DNA from: Octopus sinensis
Taxonomy: Eukaryota
Length of the DNA stretch: 64,000 bases
Reading direction: 5' to 3'
Assembly: GCF_006345805.1 (NCBI RefSeq)
Contig: NC_042997.1
Coordinates: forward strand, 142,848,001-142,912,000
The notes beneath the pieces were generated by a model. The model made no database searches. It was not told the DNA's origin and saw only the letters and a program-made list of their open reading frames with translations. Position numbers and translations under genes: made by a program. Positions 12,514-27,591 of this stretch are shown here, one piece after another; position 1 is the stretch's first letter, and the number at the start of each line of letters is the position of its first letter.

Positions 12514-12947
12514 ATTTCTCTTTACTTTTTTCTTTTTTTTTTCTTAGTCTTTCATCTCTCTCAATCTTGATCTGTTGTTAGTTATGTATGTGTATGCAAC
12601 AACATCATCAATAACAACAATATCAACAACAAAACAAGTGAATTTGTAAAAAAAAAAAAAACCTGAAAAATATCAAAGAAAAAATAAAAAAAAGACACTT
12701 TGAAAGGTTTTATGTTGGAATTATGTTGAAATACAAATTTGGCTTTTGCATTTTAGAATATTTCTTGCAACTAATGCCTTCCCTACTCCTTCCCATGCAC
12801 ACACACACACACACGCATACACCGTTAGAGTTTCTTTCAGAATCTTATAAACCTTTCTATATTTGCCTTTTTATTATTATTATTATTAATAATAATAATA
12901 TTGTTATTATCGTTGTTGTTTTTATTATTATTATTATTATTATTATT

Positions 12948-13510
12948 TCTGCTGAGGTCAGCTATGCCTTTCATTTATTTGGGGTTGAGAAATTAAGTAC
13001 CAGTGAAATACTGGGGTTGATGTGATCGGCTATCCCCGCAAATTCCCAGCCTTGTGCCTATAGTAGAAAGGATTGTTATTATTATAAAGGTGGCAAGCTG
13101 GCAGAATCATGAGCACGCTGGGCAAAATGCTTAACAGCATTTCATCCGTCTTTACATTCAGGGTTCAAGTTCTGCGAAGGTCGACATTGCCTTTCATCCT
13201 TTCGCACTGGGGTTGATGTAATCAACTTAATCCCTTCCCCAAAATTTGAGGCCTTCTGCCTTTAGTAGAAAGGATTATTATTATTATTATTAAGGTGGTG
13301 AACTGGCTGGATCGTTAGCACATCAGGCAAAATACTTAGCGGCATTTTGTCAATCTTCACACTCTGAGTTCAAATTCCACCAAGATCGACTTTGCTGTTC
13401 ATCCTTTTGAGGTTGATAAATTAAGTACCAGTGAAACACTGGAGTCGATGTAATTGATTTGACTCCTCCCCAAAAATTTCAGGCCTTGTGCCTTTAGTAG
13501 AAAGGATTAT
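12948..13510 (+). mobile_element. Three tandem copies of the second SINE family separated by (ATT)n
   Basis: ggtggcaagctggcagaatc...gttcaaattc...gaggtcgactttgcctttcatcctt...aagtaccagt...gtagaaagg(att)n. Further copies at ~25265, 25984, 26338, 26551, 35226, 35945, 43802, 52610 and 54152(-). Confidence 0.85.
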
Positions 13511-13820
13511 TATTATTATTATTTCTGATCTTTTTTAATGCCTTGTCAAGGGAGAAAGGGGCAAGCTCCATAGTGTGACTAGTGGTGGGAGGAAAGAATC
13601 ACTCCAAAAGCAGTGGGTTGGCTTCAATGCTTGTAATGGAGTTGGTTTTCTTCAAGGACCCACAACTACTACGATGAACCAGATGGTCATATTGGACAGG
13701 GTGACAGATTAAGTCTACCCAACTCAGAAAAGAAAATGAAATGGTCCTTCCAACAGACTTGCACACATTTTCCTGCTACCAAATCTCACTTACTATATGG
13801 ATTTTGTTACTTTAACCACT

Positions 13821-13929
<109 letters not shown>

Positions 13930-16900
13930 ATTGTGTATTTTCTTCCCTGCTTCTGTTTCCAGTCTTTCTTAAAATAATTTGTTAATTTGTTTTTGTTTTT
14001 TATAAAATTAAATCATAGAAATAATAATAATAATACTTACATTTTTATATTTTGTCACTTTTTTATTGTATGCGTGTGTACACTTAACACTGTGTGTGTG
14101 AGTGTGTGTATGTGTGTGAGTGAGTGTGTGTGTGTGTGTGTGTGCTCCATTTCTTGAAATAAATTTTTTTAATTAACCGTTTCCTTTGAGGTTAGATTAT
14201 TCTTCTACGTTATTCCACATTATTCCATGATAGTTGGGAGAGAGAATTTAGAATTATTTACATTTCCTGAAAAAGAACAGCATCTAACTTTTCTCTGTTT
14301 TTTCTGTCTTTCTTTCTATCTCTCTTCCCTCCCTTTACAAAATTTTCTCAACATTTATTGTTGGTCTTCTCTTTGTCTCTTTGTCCATCTGTCTCTCTGT
14401 TTGTTTCTCCAGTTAATCAATGGCTGTCTAAAGTTTTGAGTTAATGTCACATGGCAAATCAAGGAAAACAAGTTTTTTTTTTTTTTTTTATTTTATCAAT
14501 CAAATGGCTGTGAACATTGCTGGCTATGGATTAATATACCAAAACAATTTCAAGATGGAAGACATTAAGGTTTCTTCTCAGGTTATTCAATGTGTTATGG
14601 TTGGATTTTGATGCAATGGCTAATGTAAATGACATGACATAAATATTTTCTCTATAATAAACATATAATATTTCTCACTCTCTCCCACTCTCTCTTTTCC
14701 TTTCTCTCTCATGTTTTTGTCTTAAGCAAGAATTTTTTTTTTTCTTCATGACAGACTGCAGTAAAAAGCCTTTTACATAGTTCAAATATCTTTCAAATGT
14801 ATTTGAACTAGTCTTAAGTTTGTTTACTCTTAATCATTGCTTCAAGTATCTACTCATGGGTGTATATATGTGTGTGTGTGTGTTAGAGGCACACTAAACA
14901 GTTTACAGTCATATTCAACAGGTTCTTGTACATTTTGACATAGAAAGACAATAAATACACTGTAAATTGTCTCTCAAGACAACTTGAAGTATATTGTCTT
15001 CCCATGTTCGAATATGCACAAACATATTAGATATGATTGTACATCACTAATATACGTATAATATATTCTCTCCCTCCTATCTATCTTCCTATCTACTTGT
15101 CTTAATATCTCTAGTGATGTTACCTGAAATCGTCAATTGTCTGTATCAGGACCTCCCTGAACCCTATCCATAGAAAAATTAATATTAATACAATACTTCC
15201 TTATTTTATGCCTCTCCTGTTTTTTTACCACCAAAGCCTGAAGTTTTTTTTTCTTTCTTTTCCACATAAGAGATCATCTAATTTCACCTATTATTGGCAA
15301 TATTTATTCACTAACATTATTGGGCTGTAAACAATGAAAATTATTTTTAAAGTATATGGATTAAAATAGGATTTGTTTTCTTTGTTCTTTCCAGTTACAT
15401 CTAAAGTTATCTGATTTACATTCAGGAGTAACCTCACTTGTTTGGAATCTCAAAGGATGGTTTATCATTCTGAGAAGCTGTGGGATTCTATTATTCTGTC
15501 TAAAGTATTTCAGATTTGAAAATAATATTTCTTCTGTTTTAATTTATCAATTTAGTTACCCTTATCAGTTCATGTGGCAGTTTAAGTAAACAGCATATGT
15601 ATCAATATCATGTATATATAAAACAAGTATCAAATTCACAGAACAAAAGGACCTGTACAAACATAAACATCATCATCATCATCATCATCAGAATGAACAG
15701 AATATGATAAAATCTCATTGTCTGTTCTCCTTATATCCTACATATCCTACAAATACTAAACTATGGAATGAGATAGTTAGGTGCAGCTGTTTGAATGCTG
15801 ATGATTTAGCATGGCTGACTGGACATTCAGTCTGTTTTGGTGACCATACTTTTTGGCACTGGAGGCAAGCACACTCACACACACGCATGTACACGCAGAA
15901 ATATACAGATAGGAAAAAAGAGCAAGGGAAGGGAGAATTACAATTTATTAATTGAACACCATTGACATAAGCTCATTCCCGCTCCTCATACACATAAAAA
16001 AAGAAATATACTCACACATATAAACAGAGAGAGCGATGGTGAATAAGAGAAACATTAAAATATCTAGCATCATATCAGCAATGTCAAATGAACAGAGACA
16101 AACAGCTGTGCCAAAACTGCACCCTATTTCTCACTCCATCATTATCAATGATTATAGAGTTGTTGAACAAACAAGAAATACAATGATGTGGTTGCTAAAG
16201 ATTGTATCTAAAGATGTAAAATTTATTTAAATAAAGGAGAATAATTTTTTCTTTTTTTTTTTTTGCATCCTTATAATTAACCAATTCAATGCTTTGCTCA
16301 TTTTCTGCTTTTTGTAGCATATAACTTTACAATAATAATAACTATTATTAGCAATGATTTGTTGCTATAATATTATAAAGCAAGGATTTGAAAGCATGAT
16401 TTGAAACTGGCATGTCAATATTCCAGCTACAGAACTGAGTTGCCGTCCTTACTAAGCACAAATGATATTGTTTCCTACACAAGCGTAAAGCTAGATTTTT
16501 GTTGATTTGGAAGCTTTTCCCAAGAGCATTAGTGACATAACAAAAGGGACATGGTTTTAAATAAGAGCCAAAAACAAGTTTTAGACTTGTTTCATTCACC
16601 AAGGGCTTCACATCTCATTTCCAATTCCAACACTTAAAAGAAATATTGCTTATTTGACTCATATTGCTTATTTCCTCTTTATTTCTTTGGTCTTGTTAAA
16701 TCCGCATGTGATCATCGGGTTCTATCTCATTACAGCAAAGTATGAAAAAGTTTGAATTTAAAACATCTGATACACACTATTCACTTCATTTGAGTATCTA
16801 TGTGTTGCTCTCTTCCACTCTCACAGTATCTTCTTACAACATCTTTATAAATGACATCCATGCCACTGATAAAAATTTACAATCTTTCTTTCTTTTATTG

Positions 16901-19377
16901 TTTTTATTAAAATTTCTGGAAACAAGATTAAGCATCCTTTCATCATAAAAACATTAGCCATAAGCTCTTTCATTCCCCTTTAGTTGTTGTTGGTGCTGTT
17001 GCTGTTGTTGTTGTTTCTACTGCTTTATGCAGTTGAATAATATGTTGTGAAGAAGTTGAACTTTTGTGTCTCCTGTTAATTTCAGGATCTCTTAAGGAGA
17101 ATATACTAATATTGTTTCCTATTGCCTGCTTCTGATCAAAGGGTAGGCTTGAACTCAGCATGGCAAATATTTGAAATATTTGGTTTTTATATACAGTAAT
17201 CTCGCTATTCAGTGCAATGAGTTGCACTTACCTATGGTATCTATTTATGGCTAGATATATGGAGCTAGCAGTAGCTAGTGTCTTGACCTGTAACAAGATA
17301 ATAACTGTTCGTTCTTCAGCTGGTAGTCCTACGTGCTCTCTATTCAGCCAGCTACAGTTCTTCTCTCTTTATAGTATGTCTGAAAAATAACTTATTTTTA
17401 TACTTAACAATAGCTTGGATATTTTAAAACTAGTACATCAAACACTTAAAATATCAGTCCTGGTTCTGTACATCCACAAACTGCAGACTAGAACCTGTGT
17501 TTATGCAGTCTTCATCTGTTGTTGCTGTTTATTCTAACCAATGAATTCCTACTATATAACAGAATTAAGTGTATATGTGTGTGTGTGTGTGTGAGTGTGT
17601 GTGCATGCATGTGTGTATGTGCATGCACTTGCCTCCATTGAGAAGATGAATGTAACCTCTTAAAGGCCTCACAGTGTATTTCACTCAGAACACAATTCTG
17701 AAACATTAACTATAGCCTCATTTATATATTTTTACTATAATTCAGCTCTCTTTCAATTAATTAATGAAGGCCAAAGCTAAAACTGTAACCACAAACTGAG
17801 ACTGCATCTGCCTTCTCTTGTTTATAACATGATTAGTTTGCCATCTAGACATCTGCCTGCATGACAATAGCTTTGTCAGAAGAGAAACTTGGTTGCAATT
17901 GACAATTTTTTCTGTCCTACTCCCTTAAAAAAATGAAAGAAAACAGCCACTAAAAGTAGATTCTAGCTAGTTAAAGTTGTACGCATTTTGTTTATCCCAA
18001 GTTGGTTTTAATGATGGAAATTTTTTGCTTGAAGATTCATACTAGTGTATAAATGCTACTCAGAAAAAATACATATTTCTTGTAAATATAGCAGTTTACA
18101 AAAATAATTAACTGTAAGAGTTTTTTTGCATTTCTTCCCCCCTCCCCTTTTTTTTTATCAGTCCAAAGTAGAATATGAAGTGTATACTAAGCACTTAAAA
18201 ATTTATCATACATTCCCTTTTAATGTTCCAAAATTCATTAAACACATAGCTCTCAACTGAATTTCTTTGTTTAAATTTCAATATCTTGTAAGCAATTATT
18301 TTCTTCTTGAAAAATTAGAAATTAAAATTAATGGAACATAATTGGAAATTCTCTCATCATTTTGTAGAATTAATTTAGACCGACAAAGAAATACAGTCTT
18401 CATTACAACATCTCTTCTTCATTGAAGTGACAATGAGTAAATTTCAAAATCTTGCAAAGTAGTGCCATATCTTGTTTTGTCATTATCATAACACAGACAT
18501 CGGTATCCTAAATCAGAATAAATCAAGATGCATATAAAGAAAAATTGATTGCAGAAATTATTGTAAATAGCAAAAGTCAATATGAATACTATTTTATTGT
18601 CCTTATATGTTTTTTTAGTTTTTATATACACATATGTAACTGTTTCTTACAGCCTGGTCATAGTACTGTTAACAACCAAATAAGTATAAAATAACAAAGA
18701 GAAAAATTATATATTTCTTTTTCCTCTTGTGTGTGTGTGCGTGAACATATCCAATGTTAAGTAAATTTATCATTCAAAAACCTTTATTTCTACTGCTTTT
18801 GTGTGAATTTTTCATTCCATTTTCTTATTAATAGCTTTTTTGGATTTTTTTCTATTATATTAAAGAACATTTAAATAAACAATTCCATTGTTTTTAATAT
18901 TTTGATGTAAAAAAAAAAATCTGTAGTTACCCTTTTTTAATAACTGGTGTAACTAGATCAACATACATGTACAATACACAAACACACAATTTTATTATAT
19001 TTTTTCTTTCTTTTTTAAGTATGCTATATCAGTAGTTATTGTGTATATATATCATAAGATTTTTTTTGTTATTTTTTTCTTAATATTTTTCTCTTTTTCA
19101 GTAATAAAATCCTTCCTTTTAAACTGCCAAATAAACACCAAGTTCTTACAAGGATCCCATTAAAAATGTAACATCTCCCTCCAATTTCACTGGTTCCCAT
19201 CTGTATCCACTGTTGCAAATTCTTCAGCAAGGACCAGTAGATTACAGATACACTTGCACTAATCTTTCTCTGATCTTTAATACAAAAAGAATATTGCATA
19301 GTAACTGATATGCCATGAAAACTAGGCAGAAACACACATCAGAATGGTGTCTCAGAGCATCATTCAAATTTGGGTTT

Positions 19378-19459
<82 letters not shown>

Positions 19460-19527
19460 TATATATATATACATATAGCTTTGCATATATATATATATAA
19501 GTTAAAATTACAGTGTTTGTATGTATA

Positions 19528-20755
19528 CAGGGTGCAATGAATAAATTATCATCTAAATTACATAAAAATATCCTGAAATACTAAAGAGTAAATTTATTCA
19601 ATAAAATCGCCATTGGCTTCAACCAAGGCCTCCAGACGACTTCGGAATCTGCAACTCTTCTGGGCTGTCTCCTAGTTAAAATTGGTGAATGCTGCCATAT
19701 TCCTTGCCTTCAGTTCATCTTTGGTGTTATAAGGTGTTTTGTTGATCTCTTGCTCAACTGCACCCCACACATAATAATCAAGGGAGTTGCACTCTGGGAA
19801 GTTAGGTGGCCAGATGTTAGGAGTGATGTGGTCGCAGAAATTGTCTGACAATCATGACTATGTTATCCTACTTGTGTGGCATGGTGCAGAGTCCCGGTGC
19901 CAGACATAGGGTCCTCCAGCAGCCACTCTCTTGACCCAGGGCAGCACTATCTCCTCCAGGCATTTGATGTAAGCCTCTGCGTTTAGTCTGAGGCTGTGTG
20001 GGAAGATGAATGGAGGCATAACAGCACCATCATTTGTGATCACTCCAAACACCATGATGTTGACTGGATGTTTGACTTTTATCACTCTCTGTACATGTTT
20101 TGGGGACACGACAAGCCAACGGTTGTTTTGTGTGTTCACTATCTGATCCAGGCAGAAATTTTTCTTGTCTGAGAAAAACTGAAGCATGTTCAGTTGGAGG
20201 GGGTGTTTGAGTTTGCTCAAAAGCTTTGTAGCATGGTCTTTCCTCTTGTCCATGGTGACTTGGGATAAAAATTAGGCCTTTTCTCATCTTGTTTGAGGAA
20301 TACTGAATGTCTTCATGCACTACCTGCCTGATAAGAAACTCAGACACTCCCATGTCCCTGGCGATGGACCTAGTTGACTTGGAGAGATCATTGTCAATCA
20401 TGGCCTGGATCTCACCAACAAATTCAGGAGTTCTTTTCTTATCAGTGTGAGTTTTCCGAGCTGCCATACTTTTGTAATCACCGTTAGACTTATCCAACTC
20501 TTTCCGAATCCTCTGCACTCTTCTCAGACTGATGCCCAAACACTCTGAAATGTTCGTATTGGAGCTTCCAGCACAAATGCCAAGCTGTAGAGCATGTCAT
20601 TTGCAAATTTCTGGCAGAGTGAATTGCCTCATGATGCAGTTTGTCTTGGATGATGCCCAACTGTCCCTACTATACTGTGTAGTCAACAAAAATCAAAATC
20701 AAACCATGTGTGAAATTAAAATATAAAATGGCAACAATTTACCCATTGCATCCTG
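19528..20755 (-). mobile_element. Tc1/mariner superfamily element, maT (DD37D)-type, full length but frameshifted
   Basis: TA|CAGGGTGCAATG ... CATTGCATCCTG|TA. Transposase remnants in minus ORFs 20030-20539 and 19858-20253: FFSDKKNF, MVFGVITNDG, HRDSAPCHTS, and downstream WPPNFPECNSLDYYVWG. Confidence 0.92.
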
Positions 20756-21637
20756 TATATATAATTATCTACATGTGTGTGTGTGTGTATTTATATATAT
20801 ATTGTGTAATTTTAACTTTGTATTTAAATCTTCAGACTCTTATAACCAAAGCTCATTTTTTTTATCAGATAACAGTATACTATGAAGGTGAAATTTAATT
20901 ATATAAAAATTTAGACATATCGGATTGTGGGAGTTAAAAATATAGCACTAACCAACTAGTTTCTGTTACTGACTATTTTTGAGTCGTTTCTAACCATTAA
21001 TTAATAAACAGAATTAAAGTTAGATTAGTGTCTACAAATTTTCACTCATATACCATGTGGCTTATTGTACCGCCACCATATAGCATCTACCTCAGTTTTA
21101 AGTGTATACATTCAAGAAATATACTCTCCTCAGACAATCGCACCCCAGTAGTAGTGGACTTCCCAAACATATATATATATATAATCTTTCTTATTTGCTT
21201 TCCAAATTCTTATTGTTTAGTTCACTACTCAAGTATTTCTGATTATTGATTGTAGAGTAGCAGCAATAGTAAAGTTAGTAGAGAGCTATGTTGGATGTTT
21301 CACAGTACCTTTAGTTCGGTGCCTCGGGGTTCTGAGTTCATATCTCGCCAAGGTCAAATTTACCATTCATTCTTCTGGTATCTGTAAAATAGGTGTCAGA
21401 AAGAAAGACATTCGATTCAATCCACTACAGACTACTCCAATTTTCTCAACATATTTGGCTTTCGGCCTAGTCGAAATCATTGATCACAAGTTGCCTCCCT
21501 TGAGTTGTTAAACCTATTTCAATACGTCAGCTTTTTGTAATAAAGTTACGTGAAAAGTGAAGTGCAAATGTTTTCTGTTCAGATTTTTTCCCCTTTGACA
21601 CAGGGAAAAGAAAACTTGCTTTCTTTTTATATATATA

Positions 21638-21677
<40 letters not shown>

Positions 21678-22185
21678 TATATTACACATACACATACACA
21701 CATATATATTCTTTTTATTTAATCAGTTATGTTATTGCTATTGTATACTTTGTTAACTGTTGCTTCGAAAACATTATTATTATTACTATTACTATTATTA
21801 TTATTATTTGGCATATAACAAAAAGAAACCCTCTATCCAATACAAAAGCCTATCAATGCAAACCAACACGGCAGACCTAGTTATAAGAGCGCAAGCAATG
21901 TCATACAACAAAATAACAACTGGTAGCCGATAAGAGATGTTAATGGCACATTTAGGGTATTGTATTTGCAAAACAAAGCAACTTTATAATGAGACATAAA
22001 ATCTAAAAGCTCTCTTTTTATACAATGAATTAACAAATATCCTCTTGCCACAACTACAAAAACATTGATTAACTATAACATTCCTTTGTATATTTCAAAT
22101 GAAACAGTTGTGTCCCATTAAAGTTATTTGATATGTGTGTATGTATATATATATGTATATATATATATATGAATATATATATATG

Positions 22186-22224
<39 letters not shown>

Positions 22225-22981
22225 CACAAATGCACGCACACATTACAATCTTTAGATGATCAATTTCCTTGAAACAGCTGCAGAATTAGGATTATAAAAT
22301 TGGTTATTTATATATCAAAATTTTGATTTTATTCACCTTTGAGTTGTATGGATAATACCACACTGACTTGGTGCTTCAACTTAAGTACCTAATTCAAATG
22401 AATCTCAATTATTTCTTTTATATATATAAATATATGTGTGTGTTTCATTTTTTTTTTATTATTGACATAATGACTTTCTCAAGTTGCTCCAATATATATA
22501 TGAAATAGGGCAAGATTCAAGTAAGAAATTTTTTCTGGACATATATGGTTTTCATGATAATCCTATGAAACAGACACACGTGTGCTGTGTTACTATTTCG
22601 TTGTTTTTTTTTGGGGGGGGGGGGCATTATTTTAATTGAAACCCAGGATTACTCTAGAAATTTCTTAAGTTTTAAATTTAGGATGAACTAAACATATTCT
22701 GGTACATGGACTGAGTTTGCAAATAGTATATAAGACTTTCATTCTGGTGTTGGTGAGTTTATGTCTCAGTAACTTAGCAATGCAGCAAAGGAAACAGAAT
22801 AAATACCAGGCTTTAAAGAAAAAAGAAAGGGAAAAGCACTGGGATTCATTCAGCTAAAATTCTTCAGGGCGGTGCCCCAGCGTGGTTGCCGTCTGATGAC
22901 TGGGACAAGTATACAATAAAAGCTAAAGAATTCTATGTAAAAATCAACCAAAAGGTCTATAGAAAGAAGTTTTGATTCACA

Positions 22982-23385
22982 GGCGCAGGCATGGCTGTGT
23001 GGCAAGAAGCTTGGTTCCTAGCCATATAGTTCTGGGCTCAGTCCCACTGTGTGACACTTTGGGAAAGTGCCTTCTACTATAGCCTTGACCCAACTGAAGC
23101 CTTCTGAGTGGATTTGGTAGACAGAAACTGTAAGAAATTCATCATATGTGTATGTGTGTGTGTATGTTTATATGTATGTATGTGTGTCTCTGTTTGTTCC
23201 CCCACTATCGCTTGACAACTGATGTTGGTATGTTTGCATCCCTGTAACTTAGCACTTTGGCAAAAGAGACAACTAGAATAAGTACTAGGCTTATAAAGAA
23301 TAAGTCCTGGGGTTGATTTGTTTGACACAAAATAGTGCTCCAGTATGGCCACAGTCAAGTGACTGAAACAAGTATAAGAGTAAAG
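22982..23385 (+). mobile_element. Main SINE family copy
   Basis: Colinear with 7948-8345. Confidence 0.85.
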
Positions 23386-23481
23386 ATATGTAATAATGTT
23401 CACTAAATACTTGATAAATGCATATATATATATTATATGTATGTAAATGTGTGTGTGTATATATATATATGTATATATAAA

Positions 23482-23515
<34 letters not shown>

Positions 23516-24270
23516 GTATATATAGTATACGTATATATATATGTATATATATTATATATGTATATATAGTATATGTATATGCATATATATATATGTATAT
23601 ATATTATATGTATATATATATGCATATATATATGTATATCTATTATATATATATATATTATATGTAGGTTATGAGAGGTAATGGTGTCAGTGAGACCCAA
23701 AGGTGTCAGGTAATGTTGAATAAGTCCTATGGATAGACCATAGTTAAGTTCCAGGTTCGGTGATTATGCGAATAAGGGGTCCAACGTAGGTCGTATATCA
23801 GCGTGTGTATATAAAATTTTTTTCGTAATGAGATAAAAAACCAAGGCTGTGTAGATTTTAGAACATTTATAGATATATGGTCTTAAAGCTGTTTCCAGGA
23901 TATTTATTATATCCCTGAGAGGATGGTTAAGTAATAGTTAATTTAGATAAGATATGAAATAGAGAGTGAGGTGGAGGAATGAAAATAGATGTGAGATATG
24001 TAGGGATATCGTATTTGTAGATCCATTATTTAGGCAGAATGGTATATACATAAGATTCCAATACCTTATGAGTAAAGTCCAATAGTATTTAAAATTGGTC
24101 ATTCCAAGTATAGAGTTTATACACAGTGTTATTGAATCAGGGGTTTTATTTAAATTGACCTAAAAGTAGGAAATGTATTAGTAGGGTCAAATGTTGTAGG
24201 CATTCTTCAAAATTTCTGATTTCAAGACCTTTGCCACCAAATATATATATATATACATACATACATACAT

Positions 24271-24333
<63 letters not shown>

Positions 24334-25074
24334 TACATGCTTGGCTGTGTGATTCAAACGGATTATACTGCAGAGCAACTTGGGCATATATCTTCTATTA
24401 TGTCTCCAAGTCAGCCAAAGCCTTTGTTAGATGGTGACTGAAAGAATCACATTGTGTGTATGTATATGTATGAACATGTGTCTGTTTATGTCTTCTTGTC
24501 TTGATGTTGGACAGTGGCTGTAAATGAACTTACCCATTATCCAAATGATGTTTGTTTCCAATCTTCCATGAAAACATGTTAGGCCATGGGGAAATATTAT
24601 TTGCTTGGAAACTGGTGAGGGTTGGCAACAGCAAGGGCATTTGTTACTTAAAAATCTGTCTCAACAAATTTCATCTGACCTATTCAAGCATGCAGAAATT
24701 AACATTAAAATAATGATGTGTATGTATATTTAGATGTGTATGTGTGTGTTTATATATCTATATACACATACATATAGGCACAGAAGTGACTGTGCAGTAA
24801 ATAGATTTCTTACCAACCACATGGTTCTGGGTTCAGTCCCACTGCATGGCACCTTGGGCAAATGTTATCAACAGTAGCCTTGGGCCGACCAAAGCCTTGT
24901 GAGTGGATTTGATACTTGGTTGTTAATTATCATGGGAGACATTCAACATCCAATCTCAAAATCTTAGCTGTCCCCAATGGAGCAGTTGGGGGGGGGGGCT
25001 TGCTCTACTCTCATGTCAATCTCGATTTCTCTGACATATTTCTTAAACTTGGTTATTAGTGCTCTGAGTGCCCT

Positions 25075-25109
<35 letters not shown>

Positions 25110-25589
25110 GGTGTCACACAGTATACAATATCATGAGGTTGTTGATTGAAGATATTATGTCTACTGTTTGTATTGTTTGTCAAGTCAGAAGGACCTCAGA
25201 CAGAGTACTTTATGCAATATGCATGCAGTTCCAAGTAATGCCAACATTATTATTATTATTATTAAGGTAATGAGCTGGCAGAATCATTAGCATACCAGGC
25301 ACACTCCTTAGCAGCACTGCATCTGTTTTTATGATGAGTTTTAATTTTACCAATGTAGAACCATTAGCATACCAGGCAAAATATTTAGCAACATTTTGTC
25401 CAGCTTTACATTTTGAATTCAAACTCTGCCAAAGTCGACCTTGTCTTTTTTTTTTATCAGAATTAATGAAATAAGTACCAGTTCAGCACTGGGGTCATTG
25501 GAATCAACTAGCTCCTTCCCCCCAAATTTCAGGCTTTGTGCTTGTAGTAGAAAGGATTATTATTATTGTTATTGCTTTGGCCCAAGTTT

Positions 25590-25975
25590 GATCTTATTCT
25601 TGGTAGGATTTATGTAGGTAGCGGGTTACTACCTATAACCTTAGGTATCCATAAGTTTTCAGCAGTCTTTCAAGTGCTTAGAACGCTCCTAATAAACATT
25701 GCTGTCCCTAAGTGATGAACTTTCTGTAGGAGCTCAACAGGGCATTCTACTTCAGTTTCCTTCAGCCATTTGTCTATATTTTTGCTTACTGTTCTTCATT
25801 CACCAATTATTATAGGCACGACCTTTACTGTTCACATGCTCCAAATTCTTCCTATTTCAAATTTTAAGGGATTGTATTGATGGGGGGGGGGTCCTCTCTC
25901 TTTACAATCCTGGAATCAAACAGGCATGTTGGGTCAATTAGTAAGCAACTTCACTTTTCTTTATCTACAATTGTT
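25590..25975 (-). mobile_element. R4/Dong-type non-LTR retrotransposon 3' fragment (restriction-like endonuclease)
   Basis: Minus translation: LLIDPTCLFDSRIVKRE..YNPLKFEIGRIW..VKVVPIIIG..TVSKNIDKWL...LLQK..LGTAMFIRSVL. Adjacent to (TAA)n. Confidence 0.8.
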
Positions 25976-27591
25976 TTTAATTTTGCCGAGGTCAACTTTG
26001 CCTTTCATCCTATCAGGGTCAATTAAATAAGTAGATTACTCACTGAGGTCAATGTAATCCACTTATCCCCAGCCCCTAAATTTCAGGCTTTGTGCCTGTA
26101 GTAGAAAGGATTTTTATTATTATTATTGGTACGTAAAAAGCACCCACAACACTCTCAGAGTGGTTGGCATTAGGAAGGGCACCCAGCTGTAGAAACTCTG
26201 CCAGATCAAGATTGGAGCCTGGTGCAGCCATCTGGTTTGCCAGCCCTCAGTCAAAATCATCCAACCCCATGCTAGCATGGAAAGCGGACAGTAAACGATA
26301 ATGATGACGATGATGATTATTATTATTATTATTATTCAGATGGCATGCTGGCAGAATTATCAACACTTCAGACAAAATGCTTAGTTTTTGTATATTCTAG
26401 GTTCTATTCCTGCCGGAGTCATTTTTGTCTTTCATTCTTTCAGAGTCAATAAAAATGAATTACCAATCAAATACTGAGGTCAATGAAATTGACTAAACCC
26501 CACTCCCTGTTACTAAAATTACTAGCCTGGAGCCAACATTTGAAACAATCAGGTGGTGAGATGGCAGAATCGTAAATGTGTCAGACAAAATGCTTCATGG
26601 CATTTCTTTGCGATTTTTATACGTTGAGGTAAACTTTGACTTTCATCCTTTCAAGGACTGATAAAATAAGTATCAGTTACTGGGGTAGTAGGTCAATGTA
26701 ATCAATTTCCTCATCCCTTCAAAATTGCAGGCTTTGTGTCAAAATTCAAAACCATCATTATACATGTATACCTGCATATGTATATATGTATATGTCTATA
26801 TATATATATGTGTGTGTATGTGTTTTGTGCCAAAATTTGAAATTAGTATTTTTATTTTTTTTGTATGGTTTTTTTTTATTCTTGAGTTAGGTATCTGCAT
26901 ACAACACCTTTGTAATTCAAAACAAAAAACAAAATAATATAAGAAGTTTATGAAACATATGATGTATACTTTTATTTTCTAAAGAAAATTTAATCCTTCA
27001 TGTCACTATATGATATTAACTTCAACCTTTGTATCAAACTTTGCTGGTTTACAGCATCTTATTCACAGTTGTTGACTCTTCCTGCCAAAAAAAAACATGT
27101 AATCATTGATTTTTTTTTTTTTTGCTTGTACTTTTTTTTTTAAATCTTTTTTCAAAATCAGCAGATAATTGAAAACTCTAACACAACTTTAAGACTCTAA
27201 ATTTCTAAATTTCAGTTATGTCTTTTTCCAACAATAGATTATTGTTTTTATTTTCCAATATGTGCTACAAACTTTAAATCCTCATGAATTCTCAAATCCG
27301 TTTTTCACATGGAGTAAAAAAACAGATCTTATTAAAATGTGTATGGGTGGTTTATTGGACACGTGTGTTTGTGTGTGTTTGTTTTGACTGTTCAGTTAAC
27401 TAAATTGCTATAAGTTTTATAATTTACTCCAAGACATGTCAGTAACATTTTTGGAAGAATATATTCTCTCATAGAACAATTTATCTCCTTACTCTTCAAA
27501 AAGAAACAGTACTAAAATTTTACAAATATCAGATTGTTTCTGTCTATAACTATATGTGTGTGTGTATGTAGACATGTTCATTATATATATA

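Noticed and set aside
19185-19260. EF-hand-like EEFATVDTDGN on the minus strand
   Set aside because: Frame closed by stops on both sides and no position-12 Glu.
22250-22290. TAGATGA...GAAACAGCTGCA hammerhead-like remnant
   Set aside because: Core mutated at several positions and no stem I; at best a decayed PLE tail.
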